A program made the position numbers and the translations under genes. The notes beneath the pieces were generated by a model. That model searched no databases and was not told the origin of the DNA. It worked only from the letters and a program-made list of their open reading frames with translations. Positions 53,378 through 64,000 of a DNA stretch of 64,000 bases are shown here, one piece after another. Source of the stretch: Endomicrobiia bacterium (GTDB lineage: Bacteria; Elusimicrobiota; Endomicrobiia; DTEH01); assembly GCA_039630545.1 (NCBI GenBank), contig JBCNUU010000001.1:96001-160000 (forward strand). Direction: 5' to 3'. Position 1 is the stretch's first letter, and each line of letters begins with the position of its first letter.

Positions 53378-53968
53378 ATGATTACACATTTGACTTACTC
53401 AAGGTATCTTAGCCAGAATATTCTCAAAATCTCAACTCCACTACAGAAATTTATATACATAATTTTTATATCTCTATTTGGAAGTTTTTTGTTAGCAGTA
53501 TCCTCAAAGATAAATTTTGTTTTGCCTTTTACTTTTGTGCCTTTCACTATGCAGACTTTTGTGGTTCTTCTTTTATCAATGATGTTTGGAAGAGAGGTTA
53601 TATACATTCTTATATCCTATGTTTTTGAGGGTATAGTTGGTCTTCCTGTTTTTGCAAAGGGTGGTGGTGTATTGTATATTTTAGGACCTACAGGAGGATA
53701 TATTGTGGGTTTTTTAATTTCTGGTTATATTTGTGGTTTACTTGCTGAAGCTGGTTTCACAAAAAGTTTTCTTAAGACGATTTCTGTTATGATTTTAGGG
53801 ATTTTAATTATATATTTTTGTGGTGCCTTGTGGTTGTTAAGATTTGTTAATTTTAGTATTAAGCAAGCGTTAAAAATTGGGGTTTTGCCTTTTATAATAG
53901 GTGATTTAATAAAAATTATTTTTGTTTCTTTTGTTTTACCTTTAAGTTATAAAAGAATCAATAATTAA
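53378..53968 (+). CDS. bioY: Biotin transporter S component
   Basis: VPFTMQT, GLPVFA, GPTGGYIVGF and PFIIGDLIK; ATG follows GGGAGG. Confidence 0.92.
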   Translation: MITHLTYSRYLSQNILKISTPLQKFIYIIFISLFGSFLLAVSSKINFVLPFTFVPFTMQTFVVLLLSMMFGREVIYILISYVFEGIVGLPVFAKGGGVLYILGPTGGYIVGFLISGYICGLLAEAGFTKSFLKTISVMILGILIIYFCGALWLLRFVNFSIKQALKIGVLPFIIGDLIKIIFVSFVLPLSYKRINN

Positions 53969-54050
53969 TTAATTAATCCTGTAAATTAAGTCTTTACTCC
54001 TCAACAAGCACTTTTCAGATAAAATTTGTTTATTTTAAACTTTTAATTTT

Positions 54051-56897
54051 ATGGATAAAATAGTAATCATTGGAGCCAAAGAACATAACCTCAAAAATAT
54101 AAATCTGGAATTACCTAAAAACAAACTTATTGTAATTACCGGCCTTTCTGGTTCAGGAAAATCATCCTTAGCTTTTGATACGATTTACGCTGAAGGACAA
54201 AGAAGATATGTTGAATCTCTTTCTGCATACGCAAGACAGTTTTTGCCTTTAATGGATAAACCTGAAGTTGACAAAATCGAGGGTTTGTCCCCAGCTATTT
54301 CAATCCAGCAACGTGCTCTATCCCACAATCCACGCTCTACAGTAGGCACAACCACGGAAATTTATGATTACATGCGTCTTCTGTATGCAAGAATAGGAAA
54401 GGTATTTTGTCCTAACTGTGAAGATCACCCCCAGATAAGATCTACTTCTGTTTCTCAAATAGTAGAAGAAGTTTTTAAAAAATACGAAGGTCAAAAAGCT
54501 TTTATATGTTCACCTGTGGTCCGAGGAAGGATTGGAACTTATCAGGAGCTTATTAATAAAATATTAAAAGATGGTTTTATTCGTATAAGAATAGACGGAA
54601 AAATTTATGATCTGGATGATACACCACCACAAAAAATCAAACTTGATAGATACAAAAAACATAATATAGAAATTGTAGTAGATAGTCTAACTATAAACCA
54701 ACAAAATAAATCTCGTATTGTTGACTCTATAGAAATTGCTCTAAAAAAATCTCAAGGGTTGCTACTTTTGCTTTTCCCTAAGGGAAACTCAAACAATTAT
54801 ATAGAACAAATTTACTCAGAGCATTTTAGTTGTGTAAATTGTGGTTATAGTTTACCTATGTTAGAACCAAGGATGTTTTCGTTTAACTCACCTTATGGGG
54901 CCTGTCCGTCCTGTGATGGTCTTGGGCACAAATTAGAAATAGATCCTGATCTTGTGGTTCCAGATAAAAACATTTCTGTTAAAGAAGGCGCTATAAAACC
55001 ATTTGATGAACCTATTACTACAAGAACTCATAGATGGAGATCTTCCTGGAGAAGTTACTATGAAGAGATACTGGAAGAGGTAGCAGAAAGACATAAAATT
55101 GACCTTTCAAAACCTTTTAATAAGCTATCTAAGGAACATCAAAAAATAATTCTATACGGTGACGGAATATTTGAAGGTGTAATACCACATCTTCAAAGAA
55201 GATATCAGGAAACTGATTCTGAATATGTTAAAGAAGAAATTTATAATAAATATATAAGCAAAGTTGTTTGTAATACCTGCCAAGGCAAAAGATTAAAAAA
55301 AGAAAGTTTATATGTAAAAATTAATACAAAAAATAAGGGATTTCTTAACATAGCAGAGATGAGTGCTTTTTCAGTAAAAGAATTTAAAGAAGTTATAAAT
55401 AATTTAGCAATTTCAGATCAAGAACAAGAAATTGCCAGACCAATATTAAAAGAAATAAATCACAGGATAAATTTTTTAATTTCTGTCGGTATTGACTACA
55501 TAACTTTGGATAGAGAGACTTCAACTTTAGCCGGTGGAGAAGCACAAAGAATCCATCTTGCTACCCAGATTGGTTCTGGACTTACGGGTGTTCTGTATGT
55601 TTTAGATGAACCAACAGTAGGACTTCATCCTAGAGATACGCAAAGGTTAATAGATGCGATGAAGTCATTAAGAGATATAGGTAATACATTGATTGTAGTA
55701 GAACACGATGAAAATGTGATAAGACAGTCTGACTTCATAGTAGATTTAGGACCAAAAGCCGGGATTCATGGTGGAGAGGTTGTTGCTTGTGGTAATCTTA
55801 AGGAGCTTCTTGAAGAAGATTCGAAAGTTAAAAATTCTCTTACCTTGCGATATTTAAAAAAAGAACTGAAAATAGAAATAAATTCTAAAAAAAGAAAACC
55901 TAAAGGTAAATCAATAAAAATTATTGGAGCTAAACAGTTTAATTTGAAAAATATAGATGTAGAAATTCCTTTGGGTTTATTTGTATGCGTTTGTGGAGTT
56001 TCAGGTTCAGGTAAGTCTACTTTAGTAAATGAGATTTTATATAAAGCCTTAGCTAAGAAACTATATGGAAGCAAAGAAGAACCAGGAATACATGATAAAA
56101 TAGAAGGTGTAGAATATATCGACAAAGTGATAGTTGTGGATCAATCTCCAATTGGTAGAACTCCAAGATCAAATCCTGCAACTTATACAGGTGTGTTTAC
56201 TTACATTAGAGAACTCTTTTCTCAGACACCAGAAGCAAAAAGAAGAGGTTACCTTCCTGGAAGATTTTCTTTTAATGTTAAAGGTGGAAGATGTGAGAAC
56301 TGTCAGGGTGATGGGGTATTAAAAATTGAGATGCAATTTTTACCTGATGTCTATGTGAAGTGCGATGTATGTGGTGGTAAAAGATTTAACGAGGAGACCC
56401 TTCAGGTAAAATATAAGGACAAAAATATTTATGAAGTGTTAGAAATGACTGTTGAGGAAGCGTTAGATTTTTTTGGTAATGTAAATAGAATAAGAGAAAT
56501 TCTTTCAGTTATAAATGAAGTAGGTCTGGGGTACATAAAACTTGGGCAGCCTGCTACTACCCTTTCAGGTGGAGAAGCTCAAAGGATTAAATTAGCAGCA
56601 GAGTTATGTCGTAGATCTACAGGAAAAACCTTGTATATCCTAGATGAACCAACCACAGGACTTCATTATGCTGATGTAGAAAAACTGCTTAATGTTCTTC
56701 ATAAACTTGTGGATTTAGGTAATACAGTAGTCGTAATAGAACATAATTTAGAGGTTATAAAGACAGCAGACTGGATTATAGATTTAGGTCCAGAAGGGGG
56801 GGATGCAGGAGGATATGTGGTTTATTGTGGTCCATTTGAGGGGTTGTTGAAATTAAGAAATTCTTATACTGCTGAATATTTAAGAAAAGTGTTATAG
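54051..56897 (+). CDS. uvrA: Excinuclease ABC subunit A
   Basis: GAKEHNLKN, two ABC domains, zinc fingers, [12 protein letters not shown]. Confidence 0.98.
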   Translation: MDKIVIIGAKEHNLKNINLELPKNKLIVITGLSGSGKSSLAFDTIYAEGQRRYVESLSAYARQFLPLMDKPEVDKIEGLSPAISIQQRALSHNPRSTVGTTTEIYDYMRLLYARIGKVFCPNCEDHPQIRSTSVSQIVEEVFKKYEGQKAFICSPVVRGRIGTYQELINKILKDGFIRIRIDGKIYDLDDTPPQKIKLDRYKKHNIEIVVDSLTINQQNKSRIVDSIEIALKKSQGLLLLLFPKGNSNNYIEQIYSEHFSCVNCGYSLPMLEPRMFSFNSPYGACPSCDGLGHKLEIDPDLVVPDKNISVKEGAIKPFDEPITTRTHRWRSSWRSYYEEILEEVAERHKIDLSKPFNKLSKEHQKIILYGDGIFEGVIPHLQRRYQETDSEYVKEEIYNKYISKVVCNTCQGKRLKKESLYVKINTKNKGFLNIAEMSAFSVKEFKEVINNLAISDQEQEIARPILKEINHRINFLISVGIDYITLDRETSTLAGGEAQRIHLATQIGSGLTGVLYVLDEPTVGLHPRDTQRLIDAMKSLRDIGNTLIVVEHDENVIRQSDFIVDLGPKAGIHGGEVVACGNLKELLEEDSKVKNSLTLRYLKKELKIEINSKKRKPKGKSIKIIGAKQFNLKNIDVEIPLGLFVCVCGVSGSGKSTLVNEILYKALAKKLYGSKEEPGIHDKIEGVEYIDKVIVVDQSPIGRTPRSNPATYTGVFTYIRELFSQTPEAKRRGYLPGRFSFNVKGGRCENCQGDGVLKIEMQFLPDVYVKCDVCGGKRFNEETLQVKYKDKNIYEVLEMTVEEALDFFGNVNRIREILSVINEVGLGYIKLGQPATTLSGGEAQRIKLAAELCRRSTGKTLYILDEPTTGLHYADVEKLLNVLHKLVDLGNTVVVIEHNLEVIKTADWIIDLGPEGGDAGGYVVYCGPFEGLLKLRNSYTAEYLRKVL

Positions 56898-56903
56898 ATT
56901 TGA

Positions 56904-58094
56904 ATGAAAAATTATTCATATATCTACAGAAATACCAAGAAAGAACTGCATGGTTGGTATGTGGTAGATAATCGTAAAGAATGTACTGCTGAGAGATTGC
57001 TTGTAAATCCTTATAATGGTTGTTCTGTTGGATGTTTTTTTTGTTATGCAAGAGCCCTTCCGGGTAATTTTGAAGAGTACCATAAAGAAAATAAAATTTT
57101 TATCTTTGAAAATTTTCCAGAAGTAGTTGATAAACAACTTTCTGAACTTTGTGTGGCTAGTTGTGGATATTTAAGTCCTGTTACGGATCCATTTCAAGAA
57201 ATAGAAAAAAAGGAAAACATTTCAAAAAAAATTATAGAGATTTTTTTAAAGTATAATATACCAGTAGAGTTTATTACAAAATGTGAAATTCCTCAACAGA
57301 TAATAGAACTCATAAGACCATCATTTAACGAAGATAAAACTTCTTGTAAAAAACATTGTTTTGGCCAGGTGAGTATAATAACTATTGATGAAAATTTAAG
57401 AAAAATTTTATCTCCTGGTGGAGCATCTGTTGAAGTTCTCTTTGAAAATCTTGCAAAGCTGGCAAAAAACAAAATTTTTGCGGTATGCAGGATAGATCCA
57501 ATTTTTCCTTTCATTACAGATAAAAAAGAACATCTTAAAGAAATAGTTATCAGAGCAAAAGATAATGGAGCAAATCATATTATAGCAAGTGTTCTTGATA
57601 TTCCACTAAAAATCTATGATTTTATACTGGGAAATATCAAAAAATATTTTGGAACATCTGTTTATTATGATTACAAAAATTTATATATTGAAAAGATAGG
57701 ATATCTTAATGCAAAGCTTGACTATAGATTAAAAGTGTTTGATTATTTAAGAAATCTATGTGATAAGTATAACTTAAGTTTTGCTTTGTGTATGGAATAT
57801 AAAGTAGAAAAAATTACGAAAGAAATTCTGGAAGAAAAAGTTTATTACGAAGGACTAAATAAAATGTTTATGTCATCTGTTAATTGTGAGGGAATAAATA
57901 TTCCTATATATATAAGAAAACCCGGAGAAAGAAAGTTTTATCCAGCCGCAGATTGTAATGGAGCATGTTTAAACTGCAAAGATGCCATCTGTGGTATAAA
58001 AGAACTTGCGCAAGCAAAAACTTCTCCTAAAGGTTTAAAGCTAAAAGATTATAAAAACTTCACAAAAATTTTCAAACAGGAAGTATTATTTTAA
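56904..58094 (+). CDS. Radical SAM protein (SPL/Rv2578c-like)
   Basis: NPYNGCSVGCFFCYAR (CxxxCxxC), TDPFQ, TK and RIDPI; extra C-terminal Cys cluster. Confidence 0.8.
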   Translation: MKNYSYIYRNTKKELHGWYVVDNRKECTAERLLVNPYNGCSVGCFFCYARALPGNFEEYHKENKIFIFENFPEVVDKQLSELCVASCGYLSPVTDPFQEIEKKENISKKIIEIFLKYNIPVEFITKCEIPQQIIELIRPSFNEDKTSCKKHCFGQVSIITIDENLRKILSPGGASVEVLFENLAKLAKNKIFAVCRIDPIFPFITDKKEHLKEIVIRAKDNGANHIIASVLDIPLKIYDFILGNIKKYFGTSVYYDYKNLYIEKIGYLNAKLDYRLKVFDYLRNLCDKYNLSFALCMEYKVEKITKEILEEKVYYEGLNKMFMSSVNCEGINIPIYIRKPGERKFYPAADCNGACLNCKDAICGIKELAQAKTSPKGLKLKDYKNFTKIFKQEVLF

Positions 58095-59287
58095 TGAATT
58101 TAGTCACTATTTTATCCATATTGATAGTAGCATTATTAGTATATTTAATTTATTTATTCAAAAAACTAAATGAACAAAAACTTACAGATTTTATAACCAA
58201 GTTAGAACTCTCATCCCAGCTAGTAAATGAGTTAAAAAATTCTGTGTTTAATTCACTTGCTTTACTTCAAAATCATATTAACCAGACAATAAATCAAGTT
58301 TCTGCAACCGACAACACATTAAGAACTCAACTTGAACTTTTAAGAAACTCAATTAATGAACAGATTTCTTTTACTGTGAAGAACTTAAATATGCAGATTA
58401 AAACCACTACAGATGCGACTTCCAAGAGCCTTGAACTTGTAACACAACAGATAGATGAACGTCTTAAAGGCACAATTGAAATTTTTTCTCAGATGAGTCA
58501 GATGTTAAGTAGACTAAATTTTTTTGCTGAAGAGCTGAAGGTAAATACAGATGAATTAAATAAAATTTTAGGAGCAACAAAATTAAGAGGAAGTTTTGGA
58601 GAGGTTTTGCTTGAAAAAGTTTTACTGGATGTTTTTCCACAAGAAAAAGTAAAATTTAACTACTATGTTAATCCGCATAGCAGTGAACATGTTGAGGCGG
58701 CTGTTCTGTTTAAAGATAAAGTTTTCCCAATAGATTCTAAGTTTAATTTAGACAAAATCCGTCAGTTGGAAGAGGCTAAAGATGAAGCTTCTGTTCGACG
58801 TGCCGAAAAAGATTTAATAGAGACACTAAAAAAACAGATTGATGAAATAGCAGAGAAATATGTATTACCACAATATGGTGCAGATTATGCTTTTATGTAT
58901 ATTCCTTCAGAGTCGGGGTTTTTAAGAATTATAAATTTAAAACTAAAAGATGGAGAAAGTATTGTAAAATACGCATCAAAAAAACATGTTGTAATTGCCT
59001 CCCCACAAACCTTACTTCCTTATCTTCAATATGTTATTATTGGTATCCAGACTGAACAAATTGCAAAAAACGCCGTATATTTAAGACAGCAGATAAATTC
59101 GTTAATTATGAGTATAACTAAATTTCAAGAAAAATTTTCTACTTTAGGTAAACATATAAAAAACGCATATGAGAGATATACTGAAGTAGAAAGCGATCTT
59201 AAAATGTTAGAAATGCAAGTAAAAAACATAACAGCTATAGATACTGTCCAGCAAGAGACTTTAAAGCTTTCTGGAGATTCAAAATAA
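58094..59287 (+). CDS. rmuC: DNA recombination protein RmuC family
   Basis: N-terminal TM helix, coiled coil, RGSFGE, PIDSKF, MYIPSE and SPQTL. Confidence 0.9.
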   Translation: MNLVTILSILIVALLVYLIYLFKKLNEQKLTDFITKLELSSQLVNELKNSVFNSLALLQNHINQTINQVSATDNTLRTQLELLRNSINEQISFTVKNLNMQIKTTTDATSKSLELVTQQIDERLKGTIEIFSQMSQMLSRLNFFAEELKVNTDELNKILGATKLRGSFGEVLLEKVLLDVFPQEKVKFNYYVNPHSSEHVEAAVLFKDKVFPIDSKFNLDKIRQLEEAKDEASVRRAEKDLIETLKKQIDEIAEKYVLPQYGADYAFMYIPSESGFLRIINLKLKDGESIVKYASKKHVVIASPQTLLPYLQYVIIGIQTEQIAKNAVYLRQQINSLIMSITKFQEKFSTLGKHIKNAYERYTEVESDLKMLEMQVKNITAIDTVQQETLKLSGDSK

Positions 59288-59291
59288 AATC

Positions 59292-60053
59292 ATGAAACTA
59301 TTAAATTTATTTAAAACTAAAAAACAACTTATTCCATTTTTAACCTGTGGATTTCCTACAAAAAAAGATACAGTTGATATTATAAAATTACTTCTGGATG
59401 AAGGTATAAGGATTATAGAAATAGGCATACCTTTTTCCGATCCTGTAGCAGATGGTCCTACGATACAGTTTTCTTCTTATGTTGCTTTAAAGAACAAAAT
59501 TACAATTAATGATGTTTTTGAAGTTGTAGACAAAACATTAAACTATGCTGAGTATTTTCCTGTACTTATGGGATATCTAAATCCTGCAGTAATATATGGT
59601 ATGGAAAGATTCATAAAAGATGCAAAAAACAGTGGAGTAAAAGGTATGATCTTTGCAGATTCGATTGTTGAAGAAAAAGATATATTTTATCAATTGACAA
59701 AAAAATATGGAATTTGTAGTATATTCTTGTTGTCTACAACAACTAAATTAGAAAGAAGAAGGTTGATATATAAATTTACTGAAGGTTTTATATACCTTAT
59801 TACTCTTAAAGGTACAACAGGAGCTAAAGAAAAACTGCCTGAAGAGTTTTATAAATTTGTCAAGATAGTAAGAAAAGAGACAGAACATCCTTTATGTGCT
59901 GGATTTGGTATTTCAAAACCCCAGCAAATTCTGCCTGTGCTTGAATATATTGATGGATTTATTGTTGGTTCTGTGATTATAGAACACCTAAAACAAGATT
60001 CCACATACAGATCTTTAAGAAATTTTATTAGAGAATTTATGAAAATACTATAA
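59292..60053 (+). CDS. trpA: Tryptophan synthase alpha chain
   Basis: IEIGIPFSDPVADGPTIQ, MGYLNP, GTTG and GFGI. Confidence 0.95.
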   Translation: MKLLNLFKTKKQLIPFLTCGFPTKKDTVDIIKLLLDEGIRIIEIGIPFSDPVADGPTIQFSSYVALKNKITINDVFEVVDKTLNYAEYFPVLMGYLNPAVIYGMERFIKDAKNSGVKGMIFADSIVEEKDIFYQLTKKYGICSIFLLSTTTKLERRRLIYKFTEGFIYLITLKGTTGAKEKLPEEFYKFVKIVRKETEHPLCAGFGISKPQQILPVLEYIDGFIVGSVIIEHLKQDSTYRSLRNFIREFMKIL

Positions 60054-60062
60054 AATATCTTT

Positions 60063-61415
60063 ATGCAAAAAGAACTTTTAGATAGATTTTTAAGTTCATT
60101 TAATTTAGACAGAAAACTGATAAAATATGATATAGAAGCATGTATCGCGTGGATAACAACACTTTTTGAAAATAAAATCATAGACAAAAAACAATCATCC
60201 AGACTTATTAAAGTTTTAAAAAATTTAAAAAAACAAAAAGACCTAAAAAATATTCAAGCAGAAGATGTACACTATGCTGTAGAAAAAAAACTAGAAAGAG
60301 TTTTAAAAAAAGATAAATATCTAGCCGGAGTTATTCGTACAGCAAGAAGTAGAAATGATTTAGTTGTTTCTGATGAGAGGATGTATATAAAAGATGAGAT
60401 TAATCAAATTATAGTACTTCTTAAAAATTTAATATCTTCAATAGTAGAAGTAGCACAGAAAAATCTTGATGTTCCGATGGTAGGATACACTCATCTTCAA
60501 CCTGCACAACCTGTACTTTTTAGCCATTATATTTTGAGCTTTGCTTGGTGGTTTGTAAGAGATATTGAGAGATTTAAAGATTGTTATAAGAGAGTAGATG
60601 TTTCAACTTTAGGTGCAGCAGCTTTTGCAGGAAGTAGTTTTGAAGTTAACAGACAAAAGGTTGCAGAAAAACTAGGTTTTTTGAAGGTTTCAGAAAATTC
60701 TGTTGATAGTGTTTCAGATAGAGACTACATTATAGAATTTATTTCATGTTGTGCCATCGTAATGATACATCTTTCAAGAATAGCTGAAGAGCTAATCATC
60801 TGGTGTACTCCTAATTTTGGATATATCAGTTTACCTAAAAAGTTAACCTCGGGTTCATCAATTATGCCACAAAAGCAAAATCCTGATTATTTAGAACTAA
60901 TAAGAGGAAAAACAGCAAAAGTAATTTCGGATTTAATTGGAATTCTGGTAGTCATGAAAGCGTTACCTCTTACCTATAACAGGGATATGCAGGAAGATAA
61001 AGTTTATCTTTTTTCATCTGTCGAGACAATAAAAGATTGTCTTAGAGTTATGAGAGTAATTTTTGAAAATCTTATGGTTAATGCTCAAAGATTAAAAGAA
61101 GATATTCAAAAACACGATTTTATTTTTGCAACTGAAGTTGCTAATTTTTTAGTTGAAGAAATGAAATATCCATTTAAACTTGCTCATAAAAAAACTCAAC
61201 TTTTAATAGACTACTGTGTAAAAACAAACAAAAAACTTAAGCAATTAGGCTTAAAAGATTACAAAAAAATTGTAAGCAGAGAATTTACAATTGAAATGTT
61301 TGAAAAACTAAATCGAAAATTCAACAATTCATATTCAAATTACAAAACATTTGGTGGAAGTTCTCTACCACAGGTGAAGCGTCAAATAAAAAATATTAAA
61401 AAATTAATAGTATGA
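60063..61415 (+). CDS. argH: Argininosuccinate lyase
   Basis: RSRND, GYTHLQPAQP, SGSSIMPQKQNPD and YNRDMQEDK. Confidence 0.95.
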   Translation: MQKELLDRFLSSFNLDRKLIKYDIEACIAWITTLFENKIIDKKQSSRLIKVLKNLKKQKDLKNIQAEDVHYAVEKKLERVLKKDKYLAGVIRTARSRNDLVVSDERMYIKDEINQIIVLLKNLISSIVEVAQKNLDVPMVGYTHLQPAQPVLFSHYILSFAWWFVRDIERFKDCYKRVDVSTLGAAAFAGSSFEVNRQKVAEKLGFLKVSENSVDSVSDRDYIIEFISCCAIVMIHLSRIAEELIIWCTPNFGYISLPKKLTSGSSIMPQKQNPDYLELIRGKTAKVISDLIGILVVMKALPLTYNRDMQEDKVYLFSSVETIKDCLRVMRVIFENLMVNAQRLKEDIQKHDFIFATEVANFLVEEMKYPFKLAHKKTQLLIDYCVKTNKKLKQLGLKDYKKIVSREFTIEMFEKLNRKFNNSYSNYKTFGGSSLPQVKRQIKNIKKLIV

Positions 61416-62674
61416 ACATGCAACCAGTAACTCCAAAACTGATATATAAAAACAATACTCTTTATTTTGAAAATGTAGAAATTAAAAAAATCATTGAGAG
61501 ATTCTCTACACCTGTTTATGTCTATTCAAAAAATCAAATAATAGAAAACTTTCTTAATTATAAAAAGGCACTTAAACAAAGAAATCATATAATATGTTTT
61601 GCAATGAAAGCCAATTCAAACTTGCAGATTTTAAAAATAATAAAAGATCTTGGGGGAGGATGTGATGTTACAAGCGGGGGAGAAATTTTTCGCGCTTTAA
61701 ATGCAGGGATTGAGCCTAGAAAAATTGTGTATGCTGGAGTTGGTAAAACACAACAGGAGATAGAATATGCCTTAAAAAACAAAATTCTTATGTTAAATAT
61801 AGAATCAAAAGATGAAGTTTTACTTTTAGAAAAAATTGCTAAAAGAAAAAAAATAAAGATAGATATTTCTGTAAGAATTAATCCAGAAGTAACTACCACA
61901 ACTATCTCTTATATCTCTACTGGAGAAGAAGGCACAAAGTTTGGAATACCTATAAAAGAAGCTGAAAGTTTTATTAAGTATGTTAAAAACTTAAAGAATT
62001 TAAATTTAGTTGGATTACATTTTCATATTGGTTCTCAAATTTGCAATGTGAAACCTTTCGTAGAGGCAACGAAGAAAGTGACAGAATTGATAAAAAAAAT
62101 GAAACTTAAGTTAAGATATTTAGATATAGGAGGGGGATTAGGTATAAGATATAAAAATGAAACTCCTCCTACACCAGAAGAGCTGATGGATGAGTTGTTA
62201 AAACATATTCCTGAAGATTTGACAATTATATGTGAACCAGGCAGATACATTGTAGGAAACGCAGGAATACTTGTAAGTAAGGTATTATATCATAAAAATG
62301 TAAAAAATAAAAAATTTTTAATAATAGATGCAAGTATGACAGATCTTATAAGACCTGCATTCTATGATGCATACCATAATATAATTCCTTTGAACTTAAA
62401 TTTAATTAACAACTCTAAAATTAAAAAGTATGAAGTAGCTGGTCCTGTATGTGAAACATCTGATTTTTTAGGCAAAAATATACGACTTCCTGAGATATCA
62501 AATGGTGACTATGTAGTTATAGAAACAACTGGTGCTTATGGTTTTGTAATGAGTTCAAATTATAATTCAAGATTAAAAGTAGCTGAAGTGATGGTAGATG
62601 ATAATAAGTTTTATTTGATTCGTAAAAGAGATACTTATCAAGATTTAATAAACAAAGAATTAAAAGTATCATGA
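61412..62674 (+). CDS. lysA: Diaminopimelate decarboxylase
   Basis: AMKAN, HFHIGSQI, EPGRY, GPVCETSD and GAYGFVMSSNYN. Confidence 0.96.
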   Translation: MNMQPVTPKLIYKNNTLYFENVEIKKIIERFSTPVYVYSKNQIIENFLNYKKALKQRNHIICFAMKANSNLQILKIIKDLGGGCDVTSGGEIFRALNAGIEPRKIVYAGVGKTQQEIEYALKNKILMLNIESKDEVLLLEKIAKRKKIKIDISVRINPEVTTTTISYISTGEEGTKFGIPIKEAESFIKYVKNLKNLNLVGLHFHIGSQICNVKPFVEATKKVTELIKKMKLKLRYLDIGGGLGIRYKNETPPTPEELMDELLKHIPEDLTIICEPGRYIVGNAGILVSKVLYHKNVKNKKFLIIDASMTDLIRPAFYDAYHNIIPLNLNLINNSKIKKYEVAGPVCETSDFLGKNIRLPEISNGDYVVIETTGAYGFVMSSNYNSRLKVAEVMVDDNKFYLIRKRDTYQDLINKELKVS

Positions 62675-63513
62675 AAAAAATAAAATTTGCAAAATTTGTT
62701 GCCGCTGGAAATGATTTTGTTATCATTAACAATTATGATAAAAAAATATCATCTAAAAAATACCATGAACTTGCAAAAATTCTGTGTCAGCCCAAATTTG
62801 CTGTAGGTGCTGATGGTTTTTTAGTGATAGAGCCTTCTTTCAAAAAAAACTGTGATTTTAAAATGGTTTATTATAACTCAGATGGTTCTTTTGCTTCAAT
62901 GTGTGGAAATGGTGCAAGATGTATTGCTTATTATGCTTATGAGTTAGAGTTATGTGAAGAAATTGCGAATTTGGAGACGGCAAATGGAGTGGTAAAATGT
63001 ATAATAAACAAGAAAAAAAACTCAGTTAAAATTTCGCTTCCCGATCCTAAAAATCTTAAATTGAATATTTTATTAAAACTTGAAAATAATAAAGAGATAA
63101 ATGTGGACTTTATCAACACAGGTGTGCCCCATGTAGTAATTTTCGTTGATGACATAGAAAGAATAGATGTTCACAATTTAGGTAAAGAAATAAGGTATCA
63201 CAAAACTTTTGCCCCTGAGGGTGCAAATGTTAACTTTGTAAAAATAAAAGATGAGCATACTTTATATATAAGGACATATGAAAGAGGGGTTGAAAACGAG
63301 ACACTTTCCTGTGGGACGGGATCTACTGCTTCAGCATGTGTGGCTGCTGTGAAAGGTTTTGTGAAATCACCTGTTAGTTGTGTTACAAAAAGCAAGGAAA
63401 TACTTAAGATAAGTTTCAATTTAAACTCACCTGAAGATATGATATCTCCAGTTTCAAGTTTGTATCTTGAAGGAAAAGTTAAACATGTTTTTGACGGAGA
63501 ATTTTATATATGA
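62671..63513 (+). CDS. dapF: Diaminopimelate epimerase
   Basis: GNDF, MCGNGARC, GVPH and ERGVENETLSCGTG. Confidence 0.96.
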   Translation: MKKIKFAKFVAAGNDFVIINNYDKKISSKKYHELAKILCQPKFAVGADGFLVIEPSFKKNCDFKMVYYNSDGSFASMCGNGARCIAYYAYELELCEEIANLETANGVVKCIINKKKNSVKISLPDPKNLKLNILLKLENNKEINVDFINTGVPHVVIFVDDIERIDVHNLGKEIRYHKTFAPEGANVNFVKIKDEHTLYIRTYERGVENETLSCGTGSTASACVAAVKGFVKSPVSCVTKSKEILKISFNLNSPEDMISPVSSLYLEGKVKHVFDGEFYI

Positions 63514-63558
63514 AGTTGTAAGTGTTAAAATTAAATTTAAAAATTGGAGGGTAGTTGT

Positions 63559-64000
63559 ATGTTTAAAGGTTCTATAGTAGCATTGGTTACTCCGTTCAAG
63601 AATGGAGAAGTTGATGAAAAAAAACTTTGTGAACTGGTAGAGTGGCACATTTCAGAAGGGACTGATGCGCTATTACCTTGTGGTACAACAGGAGAGTCAC
63701 CTACTTTATCATATGAAGAACACAACAGAGTAATAGAAATTGTAGTAAAGCAAGCAAGAAAAAGAATTCCTGTAATAGGTGGAACAGGAACTAATTCTAC
63801 CTCAGAGAGTTTACTTTTATCTGAACATGCAAAAAATGTGGGGTGTGATGCTTTATTGCTTGTTGTTCCTTATTATAACAGACCGACTCAAGAAGGCATG
63901 GTTCAACATTTTAAGTTGATCGCAGAAAAAACAGGTATGCCGATAATTATTTATAACATTCCTGGAAGGACTTCTTCTAATTTAGAACCACAATCTTTCG
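63559..64000 (+). CDS. dapA: 4-hydroxy-tetrahydrodipicolinate synthase, 5' part (runs off window)
   Basis: Manual translation MFKGSIVALVTPF...CGTTGESPTLS...PYYNRP...YNIPGRT; SD GGAGG upstream. Confidence 0.95.
   Translation, partial: MFKGSIVALVTPFKNGEVDEKKLCELVEWHISEGTDALLPCGTTGESPTLSYEEHNRVIEIVVKQARKRIPVIGGTGTNSTSESLLLSEHAKNVGCDALLLVVPYYNRPTQEGMVQHFKLIAEKTGMPIIIYNIPGRTSSNLEPQSF

Noticed and set aside
1625..63725. Short antisense and alternate-frame ORFs in the track (e.g. 15919-16245, 31006-31512, 31753-32271, 45961-46479)
   Set aside because: They lie within well-supported genes and have no recognisable motifs; they look like shadow ORFs.

Overview
AT-rich bacterial chromosomal segment, with almost every gene on the + strand. 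The organism is a diderm: it encodes an LPS heptose kinase and outer-membrane beta-barrels. The PorV-like and T9SS-CTD-like genes suggest a non-model lineage such as Elusimicrobiota, but this is inference only. Layout: (1) 1-4.3 kb: queA, HD protein, tgt, HEAT-repeat protein, hldA. (2) 4.3-13.5 kb: Wzm/Wzt-type surface-glycan cluster with a decayed methyltransferase, a GT-C-like protein, two GT4 enzymes, a WaaL-like protein and manC. (3) cstA. (4) 15.9-36.6 kb: a large beta-mannan utilisation locus without SusC/SusD or TonB genes. It contains two B-repeat/CBM surface lipoproteins, a PorV-like barrel, a GH5 mannanase and a DUF5060-GH5-like enzyme (both with T9SS-like C-terminal sorting domains), a TMTC-like GT-C/TPR protein translationally coupled between them, a large CBM-GH5-like enzyme, an outer-membrane barrel, an ABC importer, a GH130 phosphorylase and a stand-alone cupin. 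(5) 36.5-45 kb: signalling cluster with a GAF histidine kinase, receiver, GGDEF protein, a divergent short sigma54-like protein and an ECF sigma/TPR-barrel/anti-sigma unit. (6) 45-64 kb: tRNA-Lys and housekeeping genes (nrdJ with tandem NrdR boxes, dcd, guaB3, guaA, PMM/PGM, hsp20, bioY, uvrA, radical SAM, rmuC, orphan trpA, argH, lysA, dapF, partial dapA). The best candidate for a novel system is the mannan locus, with its PorV/CTD secretion signature and embedded TMTC-like transferase. No CRISPR array, rRNA gene or mobile element was recognised. All calls come from motif recognition by eye; no database searches were run.
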